IMG/VR virus record: IMGVR_UViG_3300035189_000005
Location: 10,182-74,181 of that record
DNA length: 64,000 bases
Origin: a virus
Direction: 5' to 3' (one strand)
The position numbers and the translations under genes were made by a program. Below, one piece after another: positions 24,871 through 35,175 of the stretch. The first letter of the stretch is position 1. Each line of letters starts with the position of its first letter. Below the pieces are notes generated by a model, which saw only the letters and a program-made list of their open reading frames with translations, had not been told where the DNA came from and searched no databases.

Positions 24871-26474
24871 GTACCAAACCTCCGTTCAAGCTCAAGAAGC
24901 AGCGGCTTGATGAGTGGCTGGATCAGGTTAACTATGTGGAGCTGAACTCGGGCCTGTACGTGCCGAGTGACTTCGCTCTCCTGTTCATGAACTTCATCAA
25001 GCTGGTGAACGGTGGACAGGGTGAAAGCCATACCACTCCACCTGTTCACTTGAAGATGCTGGACAAAGTGATCGATGGTCATGACTACATTGTGAACCTC
25101 TGCTTCCGTGGTGCTGGTAAGACTGCGGTGTTCATGGAGTACCTAACTCTGTTCATCGCATGGTGGGGCAGTCTGCCAAGCTTCGGTTTGGTCGAAGGGA
25201 TGATCTACGTCTCCGACTCCATGGATAACGGTGTGAAATCTGCACGGAAGAACATTGAGTTCCGCTATCACAACAGTGACTTCCTGAAGCACTGGATTCC
25301 CTACGCCACCTTCACCGACAACTACCTTGAGTTCCAGAACACCAACGGCACCCGTCTGGGTTGCAAGATGTTCGGTGCCAAGACTGGTCTGCGAGGTACG
25401 AAGATCTTTGGTAAGCGTCCGGTCCTGGCTGTGCTCGATGACTTGGTGAGTGATGATGACTCCAAGTCGAAGGTGTCCATGGCTGCGATCAAGGACACTG
25501 TATATAAAGGTGTGAACCACGCACTGGACCCAACTCGACGGAAGGTGATCTTCAATGGCACCCCGTTCAACATGGATGACATTCTGATCGAAGCGGTTGA
25601 GTCTGGTGGCTGGGACGTCAACGTCTGGCCGGTGTGTGAGAAGTTTCCTTGCACCCGTGAAGAGTTCAGCGGTGCTTGGCCGGAGCGCTTCAGCTATGAC
25701 TACCTCTTGGCTCAGTATGAAATGGCCGTTGCTACCGGTAAGGTTGCTGCCTTCTACCAAGAGCTGATGCTTCGGATCACCTCCGAGGAAGACCGTCTGG
25801 TTGCTGACCATGAGATCGGTTGGTACTCCCGTACTGATTTGCTGGCGAACAAAGGCAACTTCAACTTTTATACCACCACTGACTTTGCCATCTCTGCCAA
25901 GCAGACGGCAGACTTCAGTGTCATCAGTGACTGGGCATACAACTCCAACGGTGACTTCTTCTGGGTAGATGGTGAATGTGAGAAGCAGACCATCGACAAG
26001 ACAATCGACCAACTCTTTAACCATGTGCAGCGTTACTCTCCACTGGAAGTGGGCGTCGAAGTCTCGGGCCAACAAGGTGCCTTCATCACCATCCTTCAAC
26101 AACAGATGATGGTACGGAATATCTGGTTTAACTTCGCTTCGTCGGAGAAATCTGGTGTACCCGGTATCCGCCCAACCCAAGACAAGCTGGTACGATTCAA
26201 TACTGTTCTCCCTTGGTTCAAGGCTCGGAAGATCTACTTCCCCATCGAACTGAAGAACTCGCGAATCATGGGTATCGCGATGGAACAGATTCGTCTGGCT
26301 ACCAAGAACGGCTTCAAGGGTAAGGATGACTTCATCGACACCATCTCCCAACTGCAATACCTGAATCTTTGGAAACCTTCGGGTAGTACCAAAGGCCCAA
26401 CTGGAACCAATGAAATGTGGGATGATGAGGACGCCGCTCCCGACACCAGCCCTCTGTCTTCCTACATCGTGTGA
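24867..26474 (+). CDS. terL: terminase large subunit (N4 gp68-like)
   Basis: CFRGAGKT Walker A, AVLDD Walker B, NGTP, TDFA and KDDFIDT nuclease motifs. Confidence 0.95.
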   Translation: MSTKPPFKLKKQRLDEWLDQVNYVELNSGLYVPSDFALLFMNFIKLVNGGQGESHTTPPVHLKMLDKVIDGHDYIVNLCFRGAGKTAVFMEYLTLFIAWWGSLPSFGLVEGMIYVSDSMDNGVKSARKNIEFRYHNSDFLKHWIPYATFTDNYLEFQNTNGTRLGCKMFGAKTGLRGTKIFGKRPVLAVLDDLVSDDDSKSKVSMAAIKDTVYKGVNHALDPTRRKVIFNGTPFNMDDILIEAVESGGWDVNVWPVCEKFPCTREEFSGAWPERFSYDYLLAQYEMAVATGKVAAFYQELMLRITSEEDRLVADHEIGWYSRTDLLANKGNFNFYTTTDFAISAKQTADFSVISDWAYNSNGDFFWVDGECEKQTIDKTIDQLFNHVQRYSPLEVGVEVSGQQGAFITILQQQMMVRNIWFNFASSEKSGVPGIRPTQDKLVRFNTVLPWFKARKIYFPIELKNSRIMGIAMEQIRLATKNGFKGKDDFIDTISQLQYLNLWKPSGSTKGPTGTNEMWDDEDAAPDTSPLSSYIV

Positions 26475-26480
26475 GGCGAT

Positions 26481-27182
26481 ATGAACGTACAAGAGCTTTA
26501 CCAAAATCTTTCTTACGGTGCCCTGTCCAACTTGGCAATGTCCAATTCAGGATCTGGTGACATTGTTGAAGCCCGTCGTCCGTCTGTCATCCTGGCGGCG
26601 AATGAAGCTTTGCTTCGTCTGTACTCTCGCTTCACTTTGAAGGAGAAGGACTGCGTGATTCGCATGGTGGATGGTGTGACCAACTACCATCTGCGTAAAC
26701 GCTTTGCTATCTGGACTCGGCCTCAGGTAGAGAAGACTCCTTACATTCTGGACATGCCACTGGAGCCATTCGAGGAAGACGTGATCAAGATCACTTCTGT
26801 CTTCGATAGCAGCGGTCATTCCTTACCGCTCAATGATGATGACCAGAGCTTTGCGGTCTTCACCCCCCAGGCTGATATACTCCAAGTCCCTCGACCTATT
26901 CTCGGAGGTGCACTGTCTATCGTGTACCAGGCCCGGCATGAAAAGCTGGACCATACGAAACTGGAACAACCGATTGAAGTTCCTGATGTGCTGGAAGGAG
27001 CGTTCCTCTCCTACACTGCTTTCAAGATCTTCTCGTCCATGGGGACTGCTGAAGCCACGGCCAAGGCAATGGAGCATAATGAAAACTACGAGGCGATCTG
27101 CACCGAAGTGGTTGATCGTGAACTCATCACTGTCAGCATCTCGTCTCTTGTTCGGAAATTTGAAAAGCGAGGATACCCCTAA
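26481..27182 (+). CDS. virion head-tail adaptor (N4 gp67-like)
   Basis: Synteny after TerL; LSYGALSNL...N.AL..LY.RF...KFEKRG. Confidence 0.85.
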   Translation: MNVQELYQNLSYGALSNLAMSNSGSGDIVEARRPSVILAANEALLRLYSRFTLKEKDCVIRMVDGVTNYHLRKRFAIWTRPQVEKTPYILDMPLEPFEEDVIKITSVFDSSGHSLPLNDDDQSFAVFTPQADILQVPRPILGGALSIVYQARHEKLDHTKLEQPIEVPDVLEGAFLSYTAFKIFSSMGTAEATAKAMEHNENYEAICTEVVDRELITVSISSLVRKFEKRGYP

Positions 27183-27562
27183 TGCGTGGCTCTCTTGATC
27201 AGGTCGGCGGTGCTGACCAACTGGTGGACAAACTCATCGGCAATGCATACGACGTGGTTTACCAAGTTCGTCTGAAGCTGCCGGAACTGATGCGAATCAA
27301 CGACAACCTCCGTGGCAACAAAACGGTGTATGCGGTAGCTGGTCCAGTTGGCTCGACTGTCATGGTCCCACTGCCGGAAGGCATCAGCCATACCCGCATT
27401 GTCGCCAGTTCGGTTCTGTTGGCTGACACCCGTGGCAACATCTATGGCACCGACACCGGCTACTTCACCACCAAGATTCTGGACGGCCAACTCCGTGTGA
27501 TGGTGACTGACCAAACGGTGGCTGAACTCTCCATCCGTTGGTTCATTACCTTCGAGGAATGA
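27182..27562 (+). CDS. hypothetical tail-associated protein
   Basis: LVDKLIGNAYDVV N-terminus; coupled ORF. Confidence 0.7.
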   Translation: MRGSLDQVGGADQLVDKLIGNAYDVVYQVRLKLPELMRINDNLRGNKTVYAVAGPVGSTVMVPLPEGISHTRIVASSVLLADTRGNIYGTDTGYFTTKILDGQLRVMVTDQTVAELSIRWFITFEE

Positions 27563-27564
27563 TC

Positions 27565-28224
27565 ATGGATGACTTCCCTCGTGTAGAACTCAAAGTCTAC
27601 GACACGGAAGATCCAATTCTGAATCACTCCAGTCGAGTGATTCCAGAATGGATTCAGGGACGATCTCAGTTTGATATCGAGGTGACGCCTGAAGTGGTCA
27701 CCTTCAATACTCAGGTTGTACCTCTTCTGTCTGAGACAGTCACAGTCAAACTTACTAACACTGGTTTCGATAACCTCCCGTTGGTGGGTATTACTGTGGA
27801 TTCCCCATTCACCATTGTGTCGGACTTCCCGTCCTACCTCCGACCAGGGGAGACTTACGAGCTGCTGCTTCGGTTCAAGCCACTGGTTTACGGTTTGTCA
27901 CAAGGGTTCCTGCACATCAACATGGGGGAGATCGCCGGTAGTCGGGATGTACTCGTGTTGGGTCAAGGCATCTGGGATTACCGATTGGCCGTTGCCCAGA
28001 TGACCGATGGTCTGTGGGAGTTCATCAAACGGTCGGTACGCCCAGCAAACCGAACCAATGGTCCAGTGCTGAGTCTGTCCACCACGTCTATTGCTTTCCC
28101 AGGCACCACGGAAGTAGGCAAGGAATCCAATGTCATCATGCTGACTATCAGCAACGTCGGCACACAGAACTTGGTCATCACTGATCCTGTTCTCGATGCT
28201 GGCCCATTCGAGATCGTGCCATGA
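27565..28224 (+). CDS. Ig-like (ASH / choice-of-anchor D type) protein, ends mid-domain
   Basis: V.LTNTG...L......PF.I.......L.PGE...L...F.P...G motif, then the first half of a second copy. Confidence 0.75.
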   Translation: MDDFPRVELKVYDTEDPILNHSSRVIPEWIQGRSQFDIEVTPEVVTFNTQVVPLLSETVTVKLTNTGFDNLPLVGITVDSPFTIVSDFPSYLRPGETYELLLRFKPLVYGLSQGFLHINMGEIAGSRDVLVLGQGIWDYRLAVAQMTDGLWEFIKRSVRPANRTNGPVLSLSTTSIAFPGTTEVGKESNVIMLTISNVGTQNLVITDPVLDAGPFEIVP

Positions 28225-28463
28225 GCATTACCATTCCTCCCTTTGGTTCCGTCACCATCAAGGTGAAATTCAAACCAACGGTTGTTGGCCCCCAAGAAAC
28301 GAATCTTCGTTTCAGCACCAACACCACACCTGCTGACGTTGTGATCCCCATCCATGGTGTGGCCGTAGAGACTCCGGTTGATCCAGGTGATAATCCAAAC
28401 GCTTTGCGGGATACTGGCAACAACCCGCTACTCGATACTGTGAACCTTGAATTGGAAAGCTGA
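28221..28463 (+). CDS. C-terminal half of an Ig-like domain
   Basis: TIPPFGSVTIKVKFKPTVVG....L.F.TN.....V.IPIHG. Confidence 0.7.
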   Translation: MSITIPPFGSVTIKVKFKPTVVGPQETNLRFSTNTTPADVVIPIHGVAVETPVDPGDNPNALRDTGNNPLLDTVNLELES

Positions 28464-28465
28464 TC

Positions 28466-30379
28466 ATGCCAAAACTCAATACTTACTCTACCCTGGCAGA
28501 TCTGCCAGAAGGTGTCCGATTTGTCGGGTTTGTTCCTGGCACTGGTGATGCATTCGATACTCACCAGATCACCCGTAATGCTATCCGTGAATTCATCCTC
28601 AGCGTCGTCCCTGTAATTAAGGGTGACGATGGTAAACAGGTGGAGTTGCGAGCAAATGGCACTGCAATTCAGTGGCGTTATGTTGGTGACCCTACCTGGA
28701 TTGACCTCGTTCTACTTGCATCCCTGAAGGGGGATAAAGGAGACAAGGGTGCCAAGGTGATCCTTCAACGATCCGCCACTCATATCCAATACGGGTATGA
28801 GGGTGATACCACCTGGACCAACCTCGTTGCCTTATCTGAACTGAAAGGAGACAAGGGTGATTCAGGTACTGGTTTGAAGAACCGCAGTCAGTGGGTCACT
28901 GGTACTACCTATGTTCCTGGAGATTATGTCTTCGACACTGGGTCATCTACCGCAAGTTCGATGTGGATTCTGTCTGGCGATGTTCCCTATGTCTCCACCA
29001 CTAAACCTAATGCAGACCTTACCCATTGGGTCGAATTTGTGGCTCCTGCTGGTAAAGATGGTAACCCCGGAACCAATGGACGTGAGGTAGTAATCCAAAA
29101 GGGTGCTACTGCCATCCAGTGGCGATATGCCACTAATGACCCAACCTGGAAAGACATCGTTACTCTTGCAGAATTGAAGGGAGATAAAGGCAATCCGGGT
29201 GACCCAGGAACCAATGGTAAATCCGCTGAGTGGCAGAAGTCTGCTACCCATATTCAATGGCGTCTGGTGGGTGACACCACTTGGATCAATATCGTCCCTT
29301 TGGCTGACATTAAGGGCGATCCTGGGGCAGCAGGTAAAGGCGTACCTGCCGCTGGTGCTGTTGGTTACATTCTTTCCAAGGCTTCAGCTACTGATTACGA
29401 CACTGCCTGGATTCCAGCACCAACCGGAGGTGGTGCAGGTGATGTGACTAAAGCAGGTGACAACGTATTCACTGGTTTCAACACCTTCGGTGGCAAGATT
29501 TACTCTGGAACCAAACCGGGTACTGGTGCTCCTGCTGATGGTGCCAACACTTTCCTGTGCTGGGGTAGTGCTCTGTTCAACGCAGGTATGGTGGTCAACG
29601 TAGGTACTGCGGAGTTCAAGTACAAGGTGAACTTGGCAAACGGATTTAACGTCCCAAGCATCACTACTGTGACCCCAGCAAGTGGCATCGCTACCATTAC
29701 TCCTTATGTGGTTCAGCAGAAAGTTGGCCTTACTGCTGATGTTGCTACATTGAAATTGCAATTGCCTGATGCATCCTCTAAAGATGGTAGTAACAACGTC
29801 TTTCCGGTGATCGACAGTGGCACTATCTTTCGGGTTTACTTCCCGTTCGGTGTGACTGCTCTTACTGTAACCCCCGGACTAGACAGCTTCGGCTGGACTC
29901 CGGCCAAGATTGTTGGGGCACCAACCTCTATCCTAGCAGGTGTGTTGGAACTTCAGTACTTAACTTCGGAAGGTACGTGGTATGTGGTGAAAGCCCCTAC
30001 GGCTCCTTTTATTTATACTCGCACCAATATCCTCGGGCCTGTAGGACAAGCGACTGGTGTACCAACTGGGGCTATTATTGAGCAGGGGAGTAATGCCAAT
30101 GGCACCTACACCAAGTTCGCCAGTGGGTTAATGATGTGCTCTCAGACCCTAAAAGATCTTGGGGCATTGGCCGCAGGTGCTACAGCTACTTATGAGTGGA
30201 CTTTCCCAGCTCCTTTTGGTACGTCTGACAGCCTGTCTGTATGGGCACCTTGTGTGGATGGCCCGTGTATAGCGTACACACCGTCATTCAATCAATCCAG
30301 GGTAACAATTGCCTTTTATGCAATAACTCAGACAAATAACAGCCGGTTTACGCTTATGGCGTACGGGCGTTGGTACTAG
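28466..30379 (+). CDS. tail fibre with collagen-like and IQWR repeats and a C-terminal gp53-like domain
   Basis: Four IQ(W/Y)...D.TW...V.L...KGD.G repeats; IIEQGSNANGTYTKFASGLMMC...WTFPAPF...AYGRW. Confidence 0.85.
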   Translation: MPKLNTYSTLADLPEGVRFVGFVPGTGDAFDTHQITRNAIREFILSVVPVIKGDDGKQVELRANGTAIQWRYVGDPTWIDLVLLASLKGDKGDKGAKVILQRSATHIQYGYEGDTTWTNLVALSELKGDKGDSGTGLKNRSQWVTGTTYVPGDYVFDTGSSTASSMWILSGDVPYVSTTKPNADLTHWVEFVAPAGKDGNPGTNGREVVIQKGATAIQWRYATNDPTWKDIVTLAELKGDKGNPGDPGTNGKSAEWQKSATHIQWRLVGDTTWINIVPLADIKGDPGAAGKGVPAAGAVGYILSKASATDYDTAWIPAPTGGGAGDVTKAGDNVFTGFNTFGGKIYSGTKPGTGAPADGANTFLCWGSALFNAGMVVNVGTAEFKYKVNLANGFNVPSITTVTPASGIATITPYVVQQKVGLTADVATLKLQLPDASSKDGSNNVFPVIDSGTIFRVYFPFGVTALTVTPGLDSFGWTPAKIVGAPTSILAGVLELQYLTSEGTWYVVKAPTAPFIYTRTNILGPVGQATGVPTGAIIEQGSNANGTYTKFASGLMMCSQTLKDLGALAAGATATYEWTFPAPFGTSDSLSVWAPCVDGPCIAYTPSFNQSRVTIAFYAITQTNNSRFTLMAYGRWY

Positions 30380-30430
30380 TAGGCATCAGGTAGTTATCTC
30401 GTCTGAGTGACCAAAATCGAGTAATATCTA

Positions 30431-30454
30431 GCCCAGTCCCTGACTGGGCTTTTC
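30431..30454 (+). terminator. intrinsic terminator
   Basis: GCCCAGTC-CCT-GACTGGGC-TTTT. Confidence 0.8.
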
Positions 30455-30475
30455 ATTTCAACCAAGGTAAATGAC

Positions 30476-33400
30476 ATGGCTAATCTGCCTCCCCTGATTA
30501 CCGAGGAAGGTCTGGTACTCAACAACATGATGCCGGACCAAGGTGCCCTGGGTAACTACACCCCACCTGGCACTGCATCATCTGAGGGTATCTCTCTTCT
30601 CATGCGTGGTGTGCTTCGGGCAGCCATTGCCACTGGTGCCCCTGACAAGCGTGACTTCGCTCACTTCCTGTTCAATGCGGCATGCACCTACTTCTTCGGT
30701 GGTGTCCGACCAACGGCTGATAACACTCAGACTTGGAACCACTCCTGGATTGCTAACGGTGGTGCAGCCTTCAGTGTCCGTGGCCCATTGCAGGCCAATG
30801 GTGACTTGGCTCTGTCTGGTTACCTGTACACCCGAGATCCTCAGTCCACTGTCTTCTTCACCAATGGTGTGGGTCAACTGACTCCACCACCGGATGTGAT
30901 CTACCAAGCAGTGACCAGTGATTCCAAGTTTGTCTGGGACAACATGTTTTCTGACTTGACCCAAGGTAACCGGTATCAGGTGGAGTACTACATTGACGCC
31001 GTGGGCAACAAAGTCTTCGGTACTCAGACTGGTGGTTCCTTCGGTCAGCCTGCTATCCCAGCCGGTGAACACAGTGATGGTGCTCCTGGCAAGATCGTCC
31101 TGACTGAGCCACTCAATGGCAATGCGGGTGTCAACTATGCAGTGACTGTCCCTGACGTGAAGGTCAGTTACGGCGAGCTGTACGAAGCATGGCCTATGTG
31201 GCGGAAGTTGGCACAAAGCGAAGTGTCAACGGCAGCGGATGCTATCCATTGGTTCCTTGATGCTTTTGCTATGGGCATGGAATTGGAGCCAGACAACGTT
31301 GACTGGAAAAATGCTCATGACCGGATGATGGACATCTGGCGGATCACTTGTGATCAGCAGTCCAACAGCACGATCATCTTCCAGGCTGGCAGTTCGGGGA
31401 CCTACAACAACTTCCCACTGACCTACTCCTACGCCTATGGTCGAGACAACATCGACAACCCGAACACCAACTGGACGGCAGTTCCCCCAACCACTCGTTA
31501 CTCCGTGGCCCGGACTGTAGATCGGTTCGTCAGTTTCGACATGCCACTAAATGATGCCACCATTGGTTCCGCTGGTAGCATTCGCTATGGGGTGGCTTTC
31601 GAGAACAGCCCGATGTATCTGGACTACACGTCTGACTCCAGCTTTTCGGTTGATATGCAATCGAACATGATCCAGACGGTATCCATGTCCATCACCGACA
31701 ATGCAGGTGTTAGCTACGAAGCTTCCATCCTTATCGGTCCTGACTCTCAGCCACAACTGATCAGCCCGAGCCAGTTCCTCAAGTTCCAGAATGCTCCTGG
31801 TGATTCGGACGGAACCAAGACAGGGGATTGGGATGATGACCCGGGCACTCTGCCTGAATATGACCCGGTTCCGTTCCCTGGCACTCGACTGGCGATGATT
31901 GGTGACTCGATCACTTGGTACAACACTGCCTATGTCAAACCTGACTGGTCCGGTCTTTTTGAGAACTGGGGCTTTGGTATGAACGGCTACTGGACTCACT
32001 GCGATCAGATCCTCAATGGCCGGTTGGTCAATGAGCCTGCTGTGAGTACCGATGTCTCTGGGTACAAGCATGGTCTGAACTTTGCCATTGCCGGTTCCCG
32101 GATCGTCAATGCTTGGCTTCCATTGCATGACACTCTGGGCGATGGTGTCCTCAACGTCGGTCCAATGTATGCAGCACTGAACAACATCACTCGCTTCGAC
32201 TGCGTGTTGTTCATGTACGGGACCAACGACTTGGCCGGTAACCTGGATGCCAGTGACACCCTTTGGCTCATCAAGAAGGCTGTCACCGATCTGGCTTCTC
32301 GTGGCAAGTGGGTCTATCTCTTGACCATCACCCCACGTTCCCGAGGTGAACTGAAGGGTTACCCGATTGCTCAGATTGACGTCATCCGTCGTCGTCTTGA
32401 GACCATCAACCAAGGATTACGTGATTGGACGATCAACAATCCAGAGCCACCACCGAACGTTTTCTTGGTGGACCCTTATACTGATCTGCTCGGCCCGAAT
32501 GGTATGGACCCAGCCGGTACTCTCTCTTCTTCCGTTGAGGGTGGACTGGATACCCCCGGCAATTTCCGGCCTGACTTCCCTAACCGGATCTTCATGCATG
32601 ACGGTCTTCACCCTGCACCAACTGGTGCTTATGTCATCGGCAAGAAACTGGCTGAGGTGATCGTTGCTTCTGGTGTGCCAGTTCGTCCTGCTGAGAACCA
32701 ACTGGGAACACTGAACCTGGGGGCCAATCTTCTGCCTAACCCTGGGATGATCTTCACCAGTTACAAGGCGAGTAAGACCAACCCTCTGTCCTTCAACCTG
32801 TCTTCGATTGGTTGGGCAACTGGTCTTGGCCCTGCTCTGCGGAATGGTGCTGACCAACACATTGGCTTCCAGTATGGCAAGCTGCCTGACTGCTGGAACT
32901 TCTGGCGATCTACCAACGTGGACACTGAAACTATTGGTTCAGGATCTGGTGGGACCTACTCCAACTTCCAGGATTACATGTGGGGTGGTTTTGTTGGTGA
33001 GTACCCGGTACTGGCCGGTTACATCAAGGATTCCACTTGGCCCATTGGTTCCGTGCTAGTGAACATTGGGGTCTATGCTGGCAAGCCTTGCTTGCAGATT
33101 GACTTCAACATTCCAATTACTGGCAACAAGAATGAAGCCTTTGTGATCAATACTCCGATTCCCCGTGACCAGCACGGTCCGTGGGACAACTACGGGTTTG
33201 ACACACCAGACCAATCCACTGTTCGTCCGAACTATGTCTACCTTGCTGGTGACACTCTGGTGGCTGAATCTGATGTGGTCTTCCAGGGTTTTGATGCTGA
33301 TCTGGTGATCTTTGACATGGCCCTATACACCTATGGTATTGAACCAAACGTGACACTGGGTGCAGTTCGTCAGTCCTTTGGTAATCACCCGTTCTTCTGG

Positions 33401-33622
33401 CCTCCGAGTGAGATGGACCGAATCCGCTTCCCGAACAATGATCGCAAGACTCGTGTCCGTGCCCCGGCAATCACGATCCCCACTTATCAGTTCACACAGA
33501 CCATGCGGTATGCGGAACTGAAGTGGCAGTTCAGTTTCGACTGTTCCGTGAAAAGTGCACGGGGTACGATCATCATCCAGAACCCAGAAGTCCGTAAGGT
33601 CATCAACGGGATTCCACTCTAA
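30476..33622 (+). CDS. large tail / receptor-binding protein with SGNH (GDSL) esterase domain
   Basis: IGDSIT (block I), NFAIAG (II), YGTND (III), DGLHP (V). Confidence 0.85.
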   Translation: MANLPPLITEEGLVLNNMMPDQGALGNYTPPGTASSEGISLLMRGVLRAAIATGAPDKRDFAHFLFNAACTYFFGGVRPTADNTQTWNHSWIANGGAAFSVRGPLQANGDLALSGYLYTRDPQSTVFFTNGVGQLTPPPDVIYQAVTSDSKFVWDNMFSDLTQGNRYQVEYYIDAVGNKVFGTQTGGSFGQPAIPAGEHSDGAPGKIVLTEPLNGNAGVNYAVTVPDVKVSYGELYEAWPMWRKLAQSEVSTAADAIHWFLDAFAMGMELEPDNVDWKNAHDRMMDIWRITCDQQSNSTIIFQAGSSGTYNNFPLTYSYAYGRDNIDNPNTNWTAVPPTTRYSVARTVDRFVSFDMPLNDATIGSAGSIRYGVAFENSPMYLDYTSDSSFSVDMQSNMIQTVSMSITDNAGVSYEASILIGPDSQPQLISPSQFLKFQNAPGDSDGTKTGDWDDDPGTLPEYDPVPFPGTRLAMIGDSITWYNTAYVKPDWSGLFENWGFGMNGYWTHCDQILNGRLVNEPAVSTDVSGYKHGLNFAIAGSRIVNAWLPLHDTLGDGVLNVGPMYAALNNITRFDCVLFMYGTNDLAGNLDASDTLWLIKKAVTDLASRGKWVYLLTITPRSRGELKGYPIAQIDVIRRRLETINQGLRDWTINNPEPPPNVFLVDPYTDLLGPNGMDPAGTLSSSVEGGLDTPGNFRPDFPNRIFMHDGLHPAPTGAYVIGKKLAEVIVASGVPVRPAENQLGTLNLGANLLPNPGMIFTSYKASKTNPLSFNLSSIGWATGLGPALRNGADQHIGFQYGKLPDCWNFWRSTNVDTETIGSGSGGTYSNFQDYMWGGFVGEYPVLAGYIKDSTWPIGSVLVNIGVYAGKPCLQIDFNIPITGNKNEAFVINTPIPRDQHGPWDNYGFDTPDQSTVRPNYVYLAGDTLVAESDVVFQGFDADLVIFDMALYTYGIEPNVTLGAVRQSFGNHPFFWPPSEMDRIRFPNNDRKTRVRAPAITIPTYQFTQTMRYAELKWQFSFDCSVKSARGTIIIQNPEVRKVINGIPL

Positions 33623-33668
33623 CCATCATCGGGGGAGTTCATCTCCCCCTTGGTTCAAGGATATCGAC

Positions 33669-35105
33669 ATGTCCCAATACAACCTTTGGTTGCCTGGAAA
33701 TGCCTTCTTCGGATTCAACGAGGGTGTGACTACTTCTCTAGGCTACCGTACCAATGCCGCAGGTCAACGCCTGTTGGCTCAGACATTTGTCATCCCGAAT
33801 AAGCGTTCAGGGTTCGGCATCACGTTTGATCAGATCAGCCCACCCTTCCAGATGACCAAGCCACCGAAGCTCTATTACACCAGCACTTCGGCTATGACCC
33901 TGACCATCAAGGACAGTGATGGCTGGAACTGGAATGCTCCTTGTCCTTTCCAGGCAACAGCCAAAGAACGTGGTTGGGCTTGGTCCCAATTCACAGCCAG
34001 TCCAGTACAGGAGAACGTTGGTGAACTCCCGAACAAGCCAGCAACTGGCATGATCCGGGCATTCCAGTTCTCTGGTGCTGAAGGTGTTCATGGTCCAGAT
34101 GACAACGCTGCTCAGTCAATCAGCATCAGTTACTTGGCTGGCCGTAGTCCGTCTTCTGCAACTGCGGGGAATATTCGTACAGTCGTTCTGACTGACCGTA
34201 ATCCCCTGGCACACACCTGGAAAGTTGGTCAGGTGGAATTGGCCCGTGGTACTCGAAAAGAAGTGAAGTACATCGGTTCTCTGCCATTCGGTCTTCAAAT
34301 GAATGGTCCCCGTAACCGGTTGTCTTCTCTCCCTTATCGTGGCCCCATCATTGCGGGCTACCAGTCCGGAACCCCTTGGATCTCTGCTGGTAACAACGAC
34401 AAGTTGGGTCACATGTTGGACTTCATGGATGAAGCTCAATCTCAATTCCATCTCCGTTCCCCAACTGGAATCTATGGACCATGGATGCACATCTACCTCC
34501 AAGCACTCTGGGACTGTGAACAGAATGGTCTTGTTGATTCCTGGGTGTGGGATGGTCCTGATGGTAACCCTGCATGGGATGGCTGGCAGTATCGTGCGTT
34601 CGATGGAATGTCCCGTACTTGGTATGAGGCAACTATTGCCAATAATGTGACGCCAGAAAACATGAACAAGATGAAGGTGATCTCCACCCGATTCTTGGAT
34701 TGGCTCTACAACTGGTTCATGCAGAACTTGGATACTGACGGTGTACCGAATGACTGGCGTCCTGAGGGCTGGACTCAAGGAACACCATTGGCTCCAGAGC
34801 GTGGTCTTGAACCCAAGTTCACTTTCCCTGCTGCCCATGACATTGCCTTGGCACTGAAAGGCACTGTGTTCTGTACTCTTGCTGGGTACGATGGAATCAA
34901 GGGACGGTATGTGATTCACCGTTTGATGCGTGCATTGATTCCACTGCAAGTTGTTGATCCAGCAGAAGAATATGAAATGCGTGGAGCATTCACTCTTAAC
35001 CCAACCGGTTTTGAAGTCTACGGTTTTGAGCAAGGTGAGATCTTGGAAGCACTGGCACTGTGTGTACAGCATCCAAATCTTATGCTCACATTACCGGCAG
35101 GCTAA
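33669..35105 (+). CDS. tail-associated protein, possible carbohydrate-active helical domain
   Basis: SD AAGGA; Trp-rich DGNPAWDGWQYRAF and YGFEQGEIL. Confidence 0.7.
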   Translation: MSQYNLWLPGNAFFGFNEGVTTSLGYRTNAAGQRLLAQTFVIPNKRSGFGITFDQISPPFQMTKPPKLYYTSTSAMTLTIKDSDGWNWNAPCPFQATAKERGWAWSQFTASPVQENVGELPNKPATGMIRAFQFSGAEGVHGPDDNAAQSISISYLAGRSPSSATAGNIRTVVLTDRNPLAHTWKVGQVELARGTRKEVKYIGSLPFGLQMNGPRNRLSSLPYRGPIIAGYQSGTPWISAGNNDKLGHMLDFMDEAQSQFHLRSPTGIYGPWMHIYLQALWDCEQNGLVDSWVWDGPDGNPAWDGWQYRAFDGMSRTWYEATIANNVTPENMNKMKVISTRFLDWLYNWFMQNLDTDGVPNDWRPEGWTQGTPLAPERGLEPKFTFPAAHDIALALKGTVFCTLAGYDGIKGRYVIHRLMRALIPLQVVDPAEEYEMRGAFTLNPTGFEVYGFEQGEILEALALCVQHPNLMLTLPAG

Positions 35106-35175
35106 TTGCCATTAGCTACTCTTGGGGGGATTGAGCGATAATCCCCCCACAACACAAGTCATAGGACTGCTAGAC

